This document shows positions 11,619 to 22,978 of a stretch of DNA of 64,000 nucleotides, in pieces. Within the stretch, counting starts at the first letter, position 1; the number at the start of each line of letters is the position of its first letter. The DNA is from Mantamonas sphyraenae STR306 (Eukaryota; Protista; CRuMs). A program made the position numbers and the translations under genes. The notes under the pieces were generated by a model that worked only from the letters and a program-made list of their open reading frames with translations, did not search any database and had not been told where the DNA came from. The DNA is taken from positions 1 to 64,000 of the forward strand of contig JAPMXV010000057.1 in assembly GCA_026936335.1 (NCBI GenBank), written 5' to 3'.

Positions 11619-12947
11619 CTACACAGCCTTCTCCACCAACTGCAGAAAGTGCTCTGCCAACGCACGCGTTCCCATCAACACAGCCCTCCGCGTTGCAACC
11701 AGCTTCACCAGCTGCTCCTCAATCGCGTCAAGACTGCCTGCCTCCTCCCCCGCCGCCTCCTCCAGACCCCACTTCTCCAAACAAGCATCCACCAACGCCA
11801 CCACCGCCTTCAACGCCCTCACTTCGTTGGCCTTGCCAATCGGCTGGTCATCCAGCGTCCGCAAATATTCCCCGCTGTCCAGCTCGTCGTCGTCCATCAC
11901 ATTCATCCGCATCGTCGTCAGCAACCGCGGCGCAATTGTCCGTTCAAACAGCCACAATCGTTTCTTCAACAACCCGTGTTGCTCCAGCATTGCCCGGTTC
12001 TCCTCGTTCACCATCCCTACAGCATCCAGCTCCACCTCCACCCGGTCGTACTCGTTCCTCTCCGCATCCACAAACCCGTACGTGATCATCAACGCCTCGT
12101 TCGGTTTCTGTCCGTAAAACACCATAAACTGCTCACCCCTCTTGCACAGCAGTTCGCTCTCCATCACAAAATGCCCCCGCCGAAAGTCCACACTCAGCAG
12201 ATGCCGCCCGTCGTTCGCCGCATCGTGGTTGAAAATGTCTGCAAACGGCACCAGTGCATTCAACCGCTGCGATTGGTGCTCTGGGTGCGACCGCGTGTTG
12301 TACGACCGCGACAGGATTGTCGTCAGCGCCCACCGAAAATCCTCCCAGCCGTACTGCGCCCCCAGCTCCTTCCGCGACACTCCTGGGGCCAGGAACGCAC
12401 CTGGGGTGCGCCGCACACGTTCCAGAAGCTCCCTATGCTGTGCGTGCATGCGTGCAAGCCGTCTCGTCATCTCTGCGTGCACAGGCAGCCGCCGCACGCG
12501 CGCCAAGTGCTTTTCTTCAAAGTACGCCAGACTCGTGTACGCCGTCGGCAGCACCCCAATGTACGCTGCAATCCGTGACCTATCCCCCGCATATCGTTCC
12601 TTCAGCAGCCACGCCGCCATCCGCACCGTGTCTGTAAAGTTGTCCGACCCGCCTTGCATTGCCTGCATCACAGACGTGTTTGCCAGACGCTCCACCGTAA
12701 ATCCCAGATGCAATGGCACCCGCAACACCGCCGTGTCTGCTGCAATGTCCCGCATGCATCGGAACCCACGCCCTGCCTCTCCATACTGCCATATCTTCAA
12801 GCCGTCCATCACCACCCCCTGCGCGCGGCCCCACTGCACAAACGCCTCCGTCGCACTCACTCTCTTCTTGTGCGTGTGCGTCCCTGGTTTCGCCATGCAC
12901 ACCAGCACACACGTCAGCACAACCACACTTGCCCAGCCCAATTTCAT
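11619..12947 (-). CDS. SET-domain lysine methyltransferase (SETD3/Rubisco-LSMT class) with N-terminal hydrophobic signal-like peptide
   Basis: GRG, LVPFADIFNH and YGQKPNEALMITYGF motifs plus a C-terminal LSMT substrate-binding-like region. Confidence 0.88.
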   Translation of the reverse strand: MKLGWASVVVLTCVLVCMAKPGTHTHKKRVSATEAFVQWGRAQGVVMDGLKIWQYGEAGRGFRCMRDIAADTAVLRVPLHLGFTVERLANTSVMQAMQGGSDNFTDTVRMAAWLLKERYAGDRSRIAAYIGVLPTAYTSLAYFEEKHLARVRRLPVHAEMTRRLARMHAQHRELLERVRRTPGAFLAPGVSRKELGAQYGWEDFRWALTTILSRSYNTRSHPEHQSQRLNALVPFADIFNHDAANDGRHLLSVDFRRGHFVMESELLCKRGEQFMVFYGQKPNEALMITYGFVDAERNEYDRVEVELDAVGMVNEENRAMLEQHGLLKKRLWLFERTIAPRLLTTMRMNVMDDDELDSGEYLRTLDDQPIGKANEVRALKAVVALVDACLEKWGLEEAAGEEAGSLDAIEEQLVKLVATRRAVLMGTRALAEHFLQLVEKAV

Positions 12948-14788
12948 TCCTCCCGTTCCCGCGAACACCGCACTGCAATCTGGTCCACCACAGCACACAT
13001 CGCCGCCACGTCCTTGCCCTTCCATCCAAACACATGGTGCACAAACTCCACCAGCCGCTCCATCCACTCTGCAAGCGCCCCCGCCCCGTCTTGTCCGCTC
13101 TCAAACACCCACATCACCGTCCCCTTCCTCGCCGCCCCGCGCATCACCTTGCCTCCCGTCACACCACTCCCTCCACCCGCACTTGCTCCTTCCCCGCTTC
13201 CCAGATGTGCATCCAGCACCTCCTGTACATGCCCGATCTTTGGGTCACTCACCGCAAAGCTCGCCAGCAGCTCCTCGTTCAAACTTGCGTTCCAGTGCAC
13301 TGTGTACAACCGCAGCAGCGCCGCCCACTGGCCCGCCCACTCCTCCCACTGCTGCGCCGACAGTTCCATCCGCAACGCAAACATCCAGCATGCAATCCAC
13401 CTCAGTTCCTGCTGCCGCGTCCGGTTTGCTTCCCACCGCTTCTCCTTCCCTTGCCTCCCCACCACCTTGCCGTACAGCCACTGTGTGATGCACTGCACGT
13501 TGTGTGCACTCGGCACACGCAGCGACAGACACACACGCCGCGTCAGCGCCATCGTCACGTGCACATCCGGCAGCCGCCGACCCATCTGCTTCTGCAGCAT
13601 CTGCATTTCCTCCTGCAGCAGCGCCACTGACGGAAGGTACGACGGCACCAACGGACACGCCGCCACAGATCGCAGGAACCTCAGCGAGCTCGGCAGCTGC
13701 TCCAGCGCGTCCACGTACGTCACCTGCTTCCTCCCGGCCCACCGTATCAGATCCGACAGCAGCACCGGCAGCCGCACGTGCCTCGCCGCCATATACAAAA
13801 GCACCAAGTTCGTCACCAGGCTCAGCGGTCGCGACGCCCTTGTCTTTCGCACTTCCAGCTCGTCCAACTCCTGCGCCCACTGAAGCCGCCCTTGCCACCC
13901 GCTCCCGTATCCGCTCCCGTCCTCAAACGACACCAGCTCCTCGCTGCCCACGTGGCCCACACGTGCAAACTCGCACCGCAGCACCAGATTGTTCATCGAA
14001 TACCGTACCTCTCCCTGCCGGTTGATATGAGCCATCCGCCGCGCCCTCCTTTTCCGCCGCCTTGCCTGCAGCCGCGACCCCGTACGCGGCCGCTTGGCCC
14101 CAATCTCCACACGCAGCGTGTTTGAGCTCGCCGACCGCGTCATCGTCGGGCCCTGCTCCCCGTCCCCTGCCTCCTCTGCCTCCTCGTCGCTCAACCAGAT
14201 CGTCCCCTGCGACTCAAACTCGTCAAACAGCTGCTCCTCTGCCTCCTCCAGCGTGATAGACCCTGAACTCGAACTCGAGCTCAAACTCCCGCCTGTGCTT
14301 GACCCTGCCTGCCTCCGTGCCTCCTCCACCAGTTCTCTCGCCTCCTCCTCCGTCAACGCTTGGCCCAGCTCCATCCCTGCCGCCATCTGCCGCAGGTGCA
14401 TCGGTGCCTCTCGCTGCAGTTTCCCCTTTTCCACGTGGTACGCACACAGATGCGACACATACCATGTCCACATCCTCCTCAGCGTCTCTGGAAACGCTGC
14501 CAGCGACGCCTGCTGCTGCGTGTGTGCAAGCAACCTCTGCACCTGCACCCCCTGTGCATGCAGCAGATGCTGAAACGCGTACACCACGCACTGTGCCAGT
14601 GCCTCGTCACTCAACGATGCCTGCGTCTTCTTCTCGTTCGTTTTGTATGTCCTCACCCCTGTGTTTGGTGTCGACGCCAAATCCTGTTCCTCCCGAAACT
14701 CCTGGCTTTGCATACCGCACTCCTGACACACCAGGAACCCCTGGTCCGACTGTACAAACCGCGTCGACCGACAATTCTCGCACCGCAT
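12944..14788 (-). CDS. RRN7/TAF1B-like Pol I initiation factor
   Basis: N-terminal Zn ribbon CENC...GFLVCQECG, AFQHLL.AQ and LY.A....RLPVLLSDLIRW. Confidence 0.8.
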   Translation of the reverse strand: MRCENCRSTRFVQSDQGFLVCQECGMQSQEFREEQDLASTPNTGVRTYKTNEKKTQASLSDEALAQCVVYAFQHLLHAQGVQVQRLLAHTQQQASLAAFPETLRRMWTWYVSHLCAYHVEKGKLQREAPMHLRQMAAGMELGQALTEEEARELVEEARRQAGSSTGGSLSSSSSSGSITLEEAEEQLFDEFESQGTIWLSDEEAEEAGDGEQGPTMTRSASSNTLRVEIGAKRPRTGSRLQARRRKRRARRMAHINRQGEVRYSMNNLVLRCEFARVGHVGSEELVSFEDGSGYGSGWQGRLQWAQELDELEVRKTRASRPLSLVTNLVLLYMAARHVRLPVLLSDLIRWAGRKQVTYVDALEQLPSSLRFLRSVAACPLVPSYLPSVALLQEEMQMLQKQMGRRLPDVHVTMALTRRVCLSLRVPSAHNVQCITQWLYGKVVGRQGKEKRWEANRTRQQELRWIACWMFALRMELSAQQWEEWAGQWAALLRLYTVHWNASLNEELLASFAVSDPKIGHVQEVLDAHLGSGEGASAGGGSGVTGGKVMRGAARKGTVMWVFESGQDGAGALAEWMERLVEFVHHVFGWKGKDVAAMCAVVDQIAVRCSREREE

Positions 14789-14847
14789 CCCCACCTCCGC
14801 AAGTCCCTTGCCTCTCCCCGCGCAGCTGCGCCACTCCCCACAACCCA

Positions 14848-17800
14848 ATGTCATCCTCATCCTCATCCTCCTCCTCCTCCTCCTCCTCCACCCACACCAC
14901 CACCCCCACCACCCCCTCCACAACCACCCCCTCCACCCCCTCCTCCTCCCTCCTCGATGACTCGCTCAAATCCTCCCGCTCCAAAGCCGGCCAAGAAGCA
15001 CGTGAACACATCTACAACTCCGACCCCCTCCTCAAACGCATTGTATGCACTCTCCCTCCCCCCCCTCCCTCCCTCCTCCCTCCCCCCTCCCCTCCCCACC
15101 AACCACCCGCTCTAACCCCCCCCCCCCCCTTCCCCCCTTTTCCCTCAGTGCGAAGAAAACGGCATCAAAGAAGACCTCTTTGTCCTCCGCATCCATGAAA
15201 TCCAATCCCTGGAAATGTTCAACCAAAACCTCGACTCCTTGGAACCCTTTGACCACTTCCCAGCCCTCCTCAACCTCTCCGTCGTCAAACAACCCGACCT
15301 CCACACCCTCCACCCGCTCCAAGCCTGCACAAACCTCCGCACCCTCTCCCTCATCGACACAAACATCTCCCGCATCCAATCCCTCCACGCCCTCACAAAC
15401 CTCAAGACTCTGCACATGTAAGCCTCTGTGCCCGCGCCCCGCAGCCGTTTTTTGGCGCCGACTGACCCCGTCGCCGCCCCACCTCCCAGATGCAACGCAA
15501 ACATCTCCCACATCGAGTCCCTTGACAATCTGCCCTTTCTCCAGATCCTCTGGCTCAACCAGAACAGCATCACCTCTCTCCCCTCCCTCGCCGCCCTCCG
15601 CTCCCTTCGCTCGCTCTGGATCGCCTCCAACTACATCCGCGAGATCGGCGACGCCCTCAACGACAACGTAGAGCTCGAGCAACTCAATCTCAGCGACAAC
15701 CTCATCGGTTCCTTCAAGGAGATCCTCCACCTCACTCGCCTGCCCAAGCTCCGCGACCTCGCCTTCAACGACCCCCACTTTGGCGAGAATCCCGTCTGCC
15801 TCCTCGGCCACTACCAGACCTATGTCCTCTGCCACCTCCAGCACCTCGACACCCTCGACGCCTTTTCCGTCTCCGACGACTCCAAGCAGCTCGCCCAGGC
15901 CACCTACCTCAAGAAGAAGATGTACTACAACATGCGCATCAAAGCCCTCAAGCGCATGACCACAAGCTACATCTCTGTCGCAAACGACGCTTTCGACACA
16001 AAGCTCAGCCGCCTCTCCATGCGCCTTGCCACAAACATGCGCCGCCTCCGCGACATCCAACGGCTCCTCGGCGAACGCGACAACGCAGTCCACGTCTGGC
16101 AGTACGACGACGCACACCAAGAGGTGCCCGTCCAAAACCTCGACCAGGAGCTCCAGCTTGCTGGCTCCATGCTTGCTCGTGTCCAGCACGCCGTCACCAC
16201 AAACGAGGCCGACATGGACTACATCCGCCGCGCCTTCCGCCTCGCCAAGGACGCCATGATGGAAATCAGCGACCAAAACATACGCCGCCTCGTCGTCGAG
16301 TTTGAAACCGGCGGCAACATACGCCTCGAGGACGGCCAGCCCGGCGACATCTGGTACGACTCCTGTGTCGACCTCCTCAAGTCTCGTTTCTACGCCAGCG
16401 AGTTTACCCGCCACGGCGTCGTGGACGTACGCGTCACACGTGTCACACGCATCCACAACCGCTTCCTCCGCAACCGTTTCGAAACAAAGCTCCAAACACT
16501 CGTCGACGTACGCGACTCCCACTACAAGCGCTTCCTCGAGTATCTCTTCTACGGTGAGCGCCTCGACATGGACGACAGCGAGCTCCTACGCATCGTCGAG
16601 GACGGCTTCCGCACAGCCGACGAGTACGCAGACATGGGCCTCCACGGCGCCGTCGAACTCTTCAACTCCCTCAGCGGCTGTGACCTCCCCCACATGGACG
16701 CCAAAGACTACACAGACCAACCTGTCAAGCGTCTCCTCATCACAAAGGTCTTTCTCGCAAAGAGTGCTCCTCTTGACGACACTCTCGACGACCCTCGCGT
16801 CCTGCCCGACGACTACGACGGCTTCCACAGTGTTTTCAACGCAAAGAGCTCCAACAGCAAGCAGCGTACCTGGTACGTCTTTGACCACGAACTTGTCCTC
16901 CCCGAGTACATGGTCGAGTACGAGTACGTCACCACCTCCTCCTCCTCATCCTCCTCCTCTTCCTCCTCCACCACCACCTCCACCCCCATCATGGACTCCA
17001 TCGACACAAGCGCCATCGAACGCCAGCTCGACTCCTTCAAGCAAATCTGCCAACCCAGCAGCAGAGGCAGCGACATGGTCGAGGAAGAACTTCGCAACGC
17101 ACTGCCCCTCCTCTGGAAACGCCCCAAGATCTACGAGCTCACAGACTCCCTCCTCGAGCGCATGTACCCAGACATCCTCCCCACAAACATCACCTACCTG
17201 AACCTCCACGGCAACGGCATCGCCAAGCTCGAAAACCTCGGCTCCCTCATCAACCTCAAAACGCTCATCCTCTCCTTCAACGACCTCGTCGCTATCCAAG
17301 GCCTCGACGACCTTCACCTCCTCGAATCCGCAGACTTTTCCTTCAACAACATCAAGCACATCGACGGCCTCCGCGGAAACCCAAACCTCCGCTCCCTCAA
17401 CCTAAACTCAAACGACATCCAACGCATCGAGGAGCTCAACCATGTGAAAAAGTACGCCGGCCTCCTCCAAGACCTCGACCTCCGCAACAATCCGGTCACC
17501 GCCGTCAAAGGCTACCGCCTCTTTGTCCTCCGCCGCCTCAAGGAGCTCGTACGCCTCGACGGCATCGACGTCGACGCACAAGAAGTCGCCGTCGCCATGG
17601 AGTCCTCCTCAGTCCTCACCTCCGCCGTCATCCGTGACCACTCCTTCACCTCGCCCCAGTTCCACGCCTCCCTCACAAAGCCAAAGAGCGTCCGCCAAAC
17701 CTCCACCACAAACGCCCTTGGAGTCGGCGCTTCCCGCGACTCCAAGGACTGGTGGCGTCGCGTCATTGTCCTCGAGCTCGACCATCACCGCGCACGCAAG

Positions 17801-19183
17801 ATCCAGAACCTCGATCGCCTCGTCTCCCTCAAACGCCTCTCTCTCTGCGACAACGAAATCGCCACCATGGAGGGTCTTGCCAACTGCAAGCACCTCGAGG
17901 AACTCATCCTCGAGGAGAACAACATCCGCAAGATTGAGGGCCTCGAAACCCTCACCCGCCTTCGCCGTCTCGAGCTCGGCAAGAACCGCCTCACCACCCT
18001 CACCGGCGTCGAAAACCTTGTCGCCCTCACACAACTCTCCCTTGAGGACAACCAGATCTACTCCCTCCAGGGCCTGGAGCATCTCGTCTCCCTCATGGAG
18101 CTCTATCTCGGGAACAACAACATCTACTCCCTCAAGGAGCTCCTCGTCCTCAAGAACCTCCGCAAGCTCATCATCCTCGACATGATGGGCAACCCCGTAT
18201 GCAGCGAGCAAGAGTACCGAGGCTACGCCGTCTTTCACCTCTCCAGTCTCAAGGTCCTCGACGGCGTCGGCATCGAGACCGACGAAATCGAGGCCGCAAA
18301 CAACACCTACTTTGGCAAGCTCACCCTCGACCTCCTCGCCGAAAAGATTGGCCACCAGAACTTTGAACTCGTCACAGAACTCGACCTCGGCGGCAACCAG
18401 CTCCGCGAGCTCCCCGACTCCATGGCCTCCGAGTTTGTCAGCCTCCGCGAGCTCAACCTCAACAACAACCTCCTCTCAGACGTCGCTGCCCTCTCACGTG
18501 TCGCCTCTCTCGTTGTCCTCCACCTCAACAGCAACCGCATCGAGCACTTTGGCCGCAAAGGCCTCCGTCTCCCCAAGCTCGAGGTCCTCCAGCTCGCCGG
18601 CAACCAGGTCAAAGACCTTGTTGCCCTCCAACTTGAGCGCCTCCACAGCCTCCGCGTCCTCCACGTCCAGGACAACTCTCTCACACGCGTCGACGGCCTC
18701 GAAGGCCTTGGTCAGCTCCGCGAGCTCGTCCTCGACAAAAACCGCATCCGCTCCCTCGAAGACCACAGCCTTGCCGATCTCCTCAACCTCCAGGAACTCC
18801 ATCTCGAAGAGAACGGTCTTCGCACCCTCGACGGCCTCTCAGGCCTCGACCGCCTCGCTTACGTCCACCTTGGCACAAACCGCATCGTCGACCTCGCCGA
18901 GGTCGAGAAGCTCGACTTTCCCTCCGTTGTCGAGCTCAACATGGCTGGCAACCCCGTTGCACGCAAGCAGCTCTACCGCGCCACCCTTCTCACACGCCTG
19001 CCCACCCTGCAGGAGCTGGACGGCCGCCGTGTCACCCCCGAAGAACGTGTCAAGGCAGACCTCATGCTGACCCCAGACATTCCCCCGCACGTCCAACTCG
19101 ACAACACCACCGGCGCAAGCTCAAGCAGCTCCCGCGTGGGTGGCAAGGTGGCTCTCAAGATGCGCACAATGAACTTTGGCTGA
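14848..19183 (+). CDS. LRRC9: Leucine-rich repeat protein 9 (ciliary); join(14848..15042,15149..15417,15490..19183)
   Basis: Both introns are GT-AG and preserve frame. SDS22-type LRRs, KKKMYYNMRIK, and a central PARP-like segment (EYLFYG...LVLPEYMVEYEY). Confidence 0.88.
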
Positions 19184-19221
19184 ACAGACTGAACCAACCG
19201 AACCCCCCCCCCCCCTCGATC

Positions 19222-22200
19222 ATGCCATCCCCCCGCTCCCTCGGTCTGGCTCTTCTCTTTGTCATCGTCCTCCTCCCATCCATTGCCCTGGCAAACACAA
19301 ACTCCACCACCTCCTCATGCTCCTTCGACAATGCCGTGGTTAACTCCACCTCCCAGCTGATCAAGACTGCCTCCCCGCTCGGCACCGTCTACGAGGTCTA
19401 CCCGTCGTCCGCACGCATTTGCTCCAGCTCCTGGTTCACTCCCATTGCCGTCACCATGGTCCCCATTGAGCTCCGTGCTGTCCTCTACCTCGCCGGCCTC
19501 CTGTACTGCTTCCTCGGCGTCGCCATCGTCGCAGACGTCTTTATGTCGGCCATCGAGCACATCACCAGCAAGACACGTGTCATCCGCCGTGTCGATAAGG
19601 ACGGAAACGTCCACGAGACCACTGTACGTCCGCTCTTTTTCCACAAACACCACACAGCACCCTCGCCTCCACCTTTGGGCTCCCAACGGCCAATTAGCTC
19701 CCTCTCGCGCCCTTTACCCCCCAAAAAACACACCCCTCCCGAGCCGAACCAGCCCCACACCCCACGCAACCCCCTTGTCCTACCCGCCCTGCCCCACTTG
19801 TCACCGCGCACAGCTCTTCCATGCCTCGCCACACGCTCTCCGCCGACCCGTTGCATGCCGCCCGAAACGGACTTTCCCAAATCCAGAAACCACTCGCTAA
19901 CTCTCCCGTCCTCAGGCCTACTTTTGGAATCCGACCGTGGCCAACCTCACCCTCATGGCCCTCGGTTCCTCCGCCCCCGAGATCCTCCTTGCGGTCTTTG
20001 AAACCGTCAGCAACCTCGGCCGCCCTGCAGGTGAACTCGGCCCAGGCACCATTGTCGGCTCCGCCGCCTTTAATCTCTTGGCCATCACTGCCATCTGCGT
20101 CTACTCTATTCCCGACGGACAGGTCCGCCGCATCAAGGATGTCGGTGTGTTTTTCATCACCGCCACCTTTTCAGTTCTCGCCTACCTCTGGCTCTGCGTC
20201 GTCCTCCTCTACTGGACTCCGGACGAGGTCACCCTCGAAGAAGCTCTGATCACTCTTGGCCTGTTTCCTGTCCTCGTTGCCCTCGCCTACGCCCAGGACC
20301 GCTCCTGGTGGCGACGCAAGCCAACTCGCGTCGCTCCAGCCGCACCTGCCGACAGCGACGACGACACACACCCTGTCTTGGCAGGCACAGATGCAGGCAG
20401 TGCCAACGCCGCTGCGCACCACGGCGACGACGACGACGACGACGACGACGCAAAAGACTCTCTTTCCCCGTCCATCCTCAACGTCAACTGGCGCACAGCC
20501 GACAACATGGACCAAGTCATCACCAAAGAACAGCTCGAGGGCGTTCTCCGCAACCTGCAAGCTTCCCATCAGATCAAGGATGTCACTGATCCAACCACAG
20601 TCCAGCGCCTCGGCGACGCCATCTTCAACCAAAACGGCGCCTCTCGCGCCGTGTACCACAGCAACGCCATCCGCGCTCTCACAGGCCAGCGCCGCGTCAT
20701 CTCCACAAAAACAGACTCGCACGAGCGCCAAGAGGCAAAGCGCCTCCACCTCGAGTCTGTCCTCAACCGCTCGCGCTCCGAGGTCCAGGCAGACGCCGAA
20801 CAGATCAACGACGTCAACGGCACCCTCGTCTTTCTTCGCAACTCCATTAGCCTCTACGAAAACGAAGGCCCCGTCGAATGCGTTGTTGCGCGCCAGGGCG
20901 GGGTTACCGGACGTGTCACTGTCGACTACTTCACCGAGGACGGCACCGCCGTCTCCGGCGAGGACTACGTGCCCAAGGAAGGCACCCTGGTCTTTGAGGA
21001 TGGCCAGGTCCAACAGAGCATCTTTGTCGACATTGTCGACAACGAGGTGTTTGAAGAGGACGACAGCTTCATGATCTACCTCACAAACGCACAAGGCGGC
21101 GCAACCATCGGCCAAAACCGCGCCGTCCAGGTCATCATCCTCAACGACGACGCAGAGCCCACCGTCGAGTTTGTCGAGTCCACCGTCTACTGCTACGACG
21201 AAGAGGCCGACGTCGACATCAAGGTTCGCCTTGTCGGTGCCACCGACCTGCAAACCTTTGTCGACTTTCGCACCCTCGACGGCTCGGCCAAGGCCGGCCA
21301 AAGCTACGAACCCACCGAGGGCTCGCTCGTCTTTCCCAGCCGCGGCGAACCCGAGCAGACCATCCGCGTACGCTGCCACAATGTCAACAAGGGAAACGGC
21401 CGCGACGAGCGCTTCTCCGTCCAGCTCTCCAATCCCAAGAATGCACGCGTCGGACGCACAAACATCGTCACCGTCACCCTCGTCTCCGACGAAGGCTTCT
21501 CTCGCATGGTCGACGACGTCATGGCCCAGCTCGTTGCACGCGGCAAGGGCCTCATGCTGAAAAACTCCTCCTGGAGCGAACAGATCAAAGATTCCATGAC
21601 CCTGGGCTTTGACGTCGACGAGCACGGCAACAAACTCGAGCCCGCAACCAGCGACTACGTCATGCACTTCCTCACCTTTTTCTGGAAGGTCATCTTTGCC
21701 ACCATCCCGCCCACAGAAATTGCCGGCGGCTGGCTCACCTTTGTCGTCTCCCTCATCTACATCGGCGCCGTCACCGCCATTGTCGGCGAGCTCGCCTCCT
21801 TGTTTGGCTGCACCGTCGGCCTGCCCGACTCCATCACCGCCATCACTTTTGTCGCCCTCGGCACCTCCTTGCCTGACACCTTTGCCAGCAAGCAGGCCGC
21901 CGTCCAGGAGGACACCGCCGATGCAAGTGTCGGCAACGTCACAGGAAGCAACAGTGTCAATGTCTTTCTCGGTCTCGGCCTCCCGTGGACCATTGCCACC
22001 ATCTACCACGCCATCGACGGATCCAAGTTTATTGTGCCTGGCGGTTCTCTCGGCTTCTCCGTCGCCGTGTTTGCCGTCTGCGCCATTATTTGCCTCTTTG
22101 TCCTTGTCCTCCGCCGCTCCATTGCCGGTGGTGCCCTTGGCGGGCCACGCACCCTCAAGATTGCCACCACCGTCCTCTTCCTCCTCCTCTGGCTTGTCTA

Positions 22201-22252
22201 CGTCCTCCTCAGTGCCCTCCAGGTCACTGGCGCACTTTCCCTCTCGGTATAG
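19222..22252 (+). CDS. Na+/Ca2+ exchanger (NCX/SLC8 family) with two Calx-beta domains; join(19222..19623,19916..22252)
   Basis: Alpha-1 ANLTLMALGSSAPE, alpha-2 ALGTSLPDTFAS, GNVTGSNSVNVFLG, and Calx-beta DGTA..GEDY. Confidence 0.95.
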
Positions 22253-22325
22253 CAAGGAGTAGGGTGCCAAAACCAAGCCATGAAATGTCTCCACCATTCA
22301 ACCACCACCCACTCCCCTTGGGGCT

Positions 22326-22892
22326 TCATTCATCCAACCGCGCCAACACCTCTTCCACTGCATCTCCAGCGGCTTGCCCAACCACCTTGCGAAACACTGC
22401 AGGCGGTGCAAGCGCATACACAACCTTGGCTGTTGCACACACCTCCAAGGCCTCGTTGCGCAGCGTCGTTTCAATCGTCACCAATCCCTTTTCCGTGTCC
22501 TGCTTGCCCAGGGTCCCCTCGGCCAGCAGTGCCTGCCCAACCCGCAGTGGTGCTTTGTAGTCTGTGCTCATGTGCACAGTTAGTCCTGCGCGACGCGTGT
22601 TGTGCAGAAGTGTCCAGAACGCAACGTCGTCGTGGATCAACGCCTGAACGCCCCCGTGCAGCACTCCTGGAAATGAAGCGTGGTCCTCTTCAGGCACAAA
22701 CACACTCCGCACCTGTCCACTCTCGGTGTCCGCATGGAAACGCAGTTTGAGCCCGCGTGCGTTGTCTGGCGCGCACCCCGTACAGTTGAACCCGTCCACC
22801 GCCGTCCACACGTTCTCCAGCTCCACACACCGAGCCAACTGCTCGCTAAACGCTCCTGCAGAGTGAGCCACAGTGCGAGTCCGTGCAAACAT
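22326..22892 (-). CDS. PaaI/THEM4-like hotdog-fold thioesterase
   Basis: CTGC...N..GL and FPGVLHGG...DD motifs; N-terminus resembles a mitochondrial presequence. Confidence 0.85.
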   Translation of the reverse strand: MFARTRTVAHSAGAFSEQLARCVELENVWTAVDGFNCTGCAPDNARGLKLRFHADTESGQVRSVFVPEEDHASFPGVLHGGVQALIHDDVAFWTLLHNTRRAGLTVHMSTDYKAPLRVGQALLAEGTLGKQDTEKGLVTIETTLRNEALEVCATAKVVYALAPPAVFRKVVGQAAGDAVEEVLARLDE

Positions 22893-22978
22893 CGCTGCCT
22901 CGCCTTTGTTGGCACCGCCAGCGCTTGCGCTCCCGCACCCACCCTCCCTCAACCCCCACCCTACGCCCGCGAGCCACC

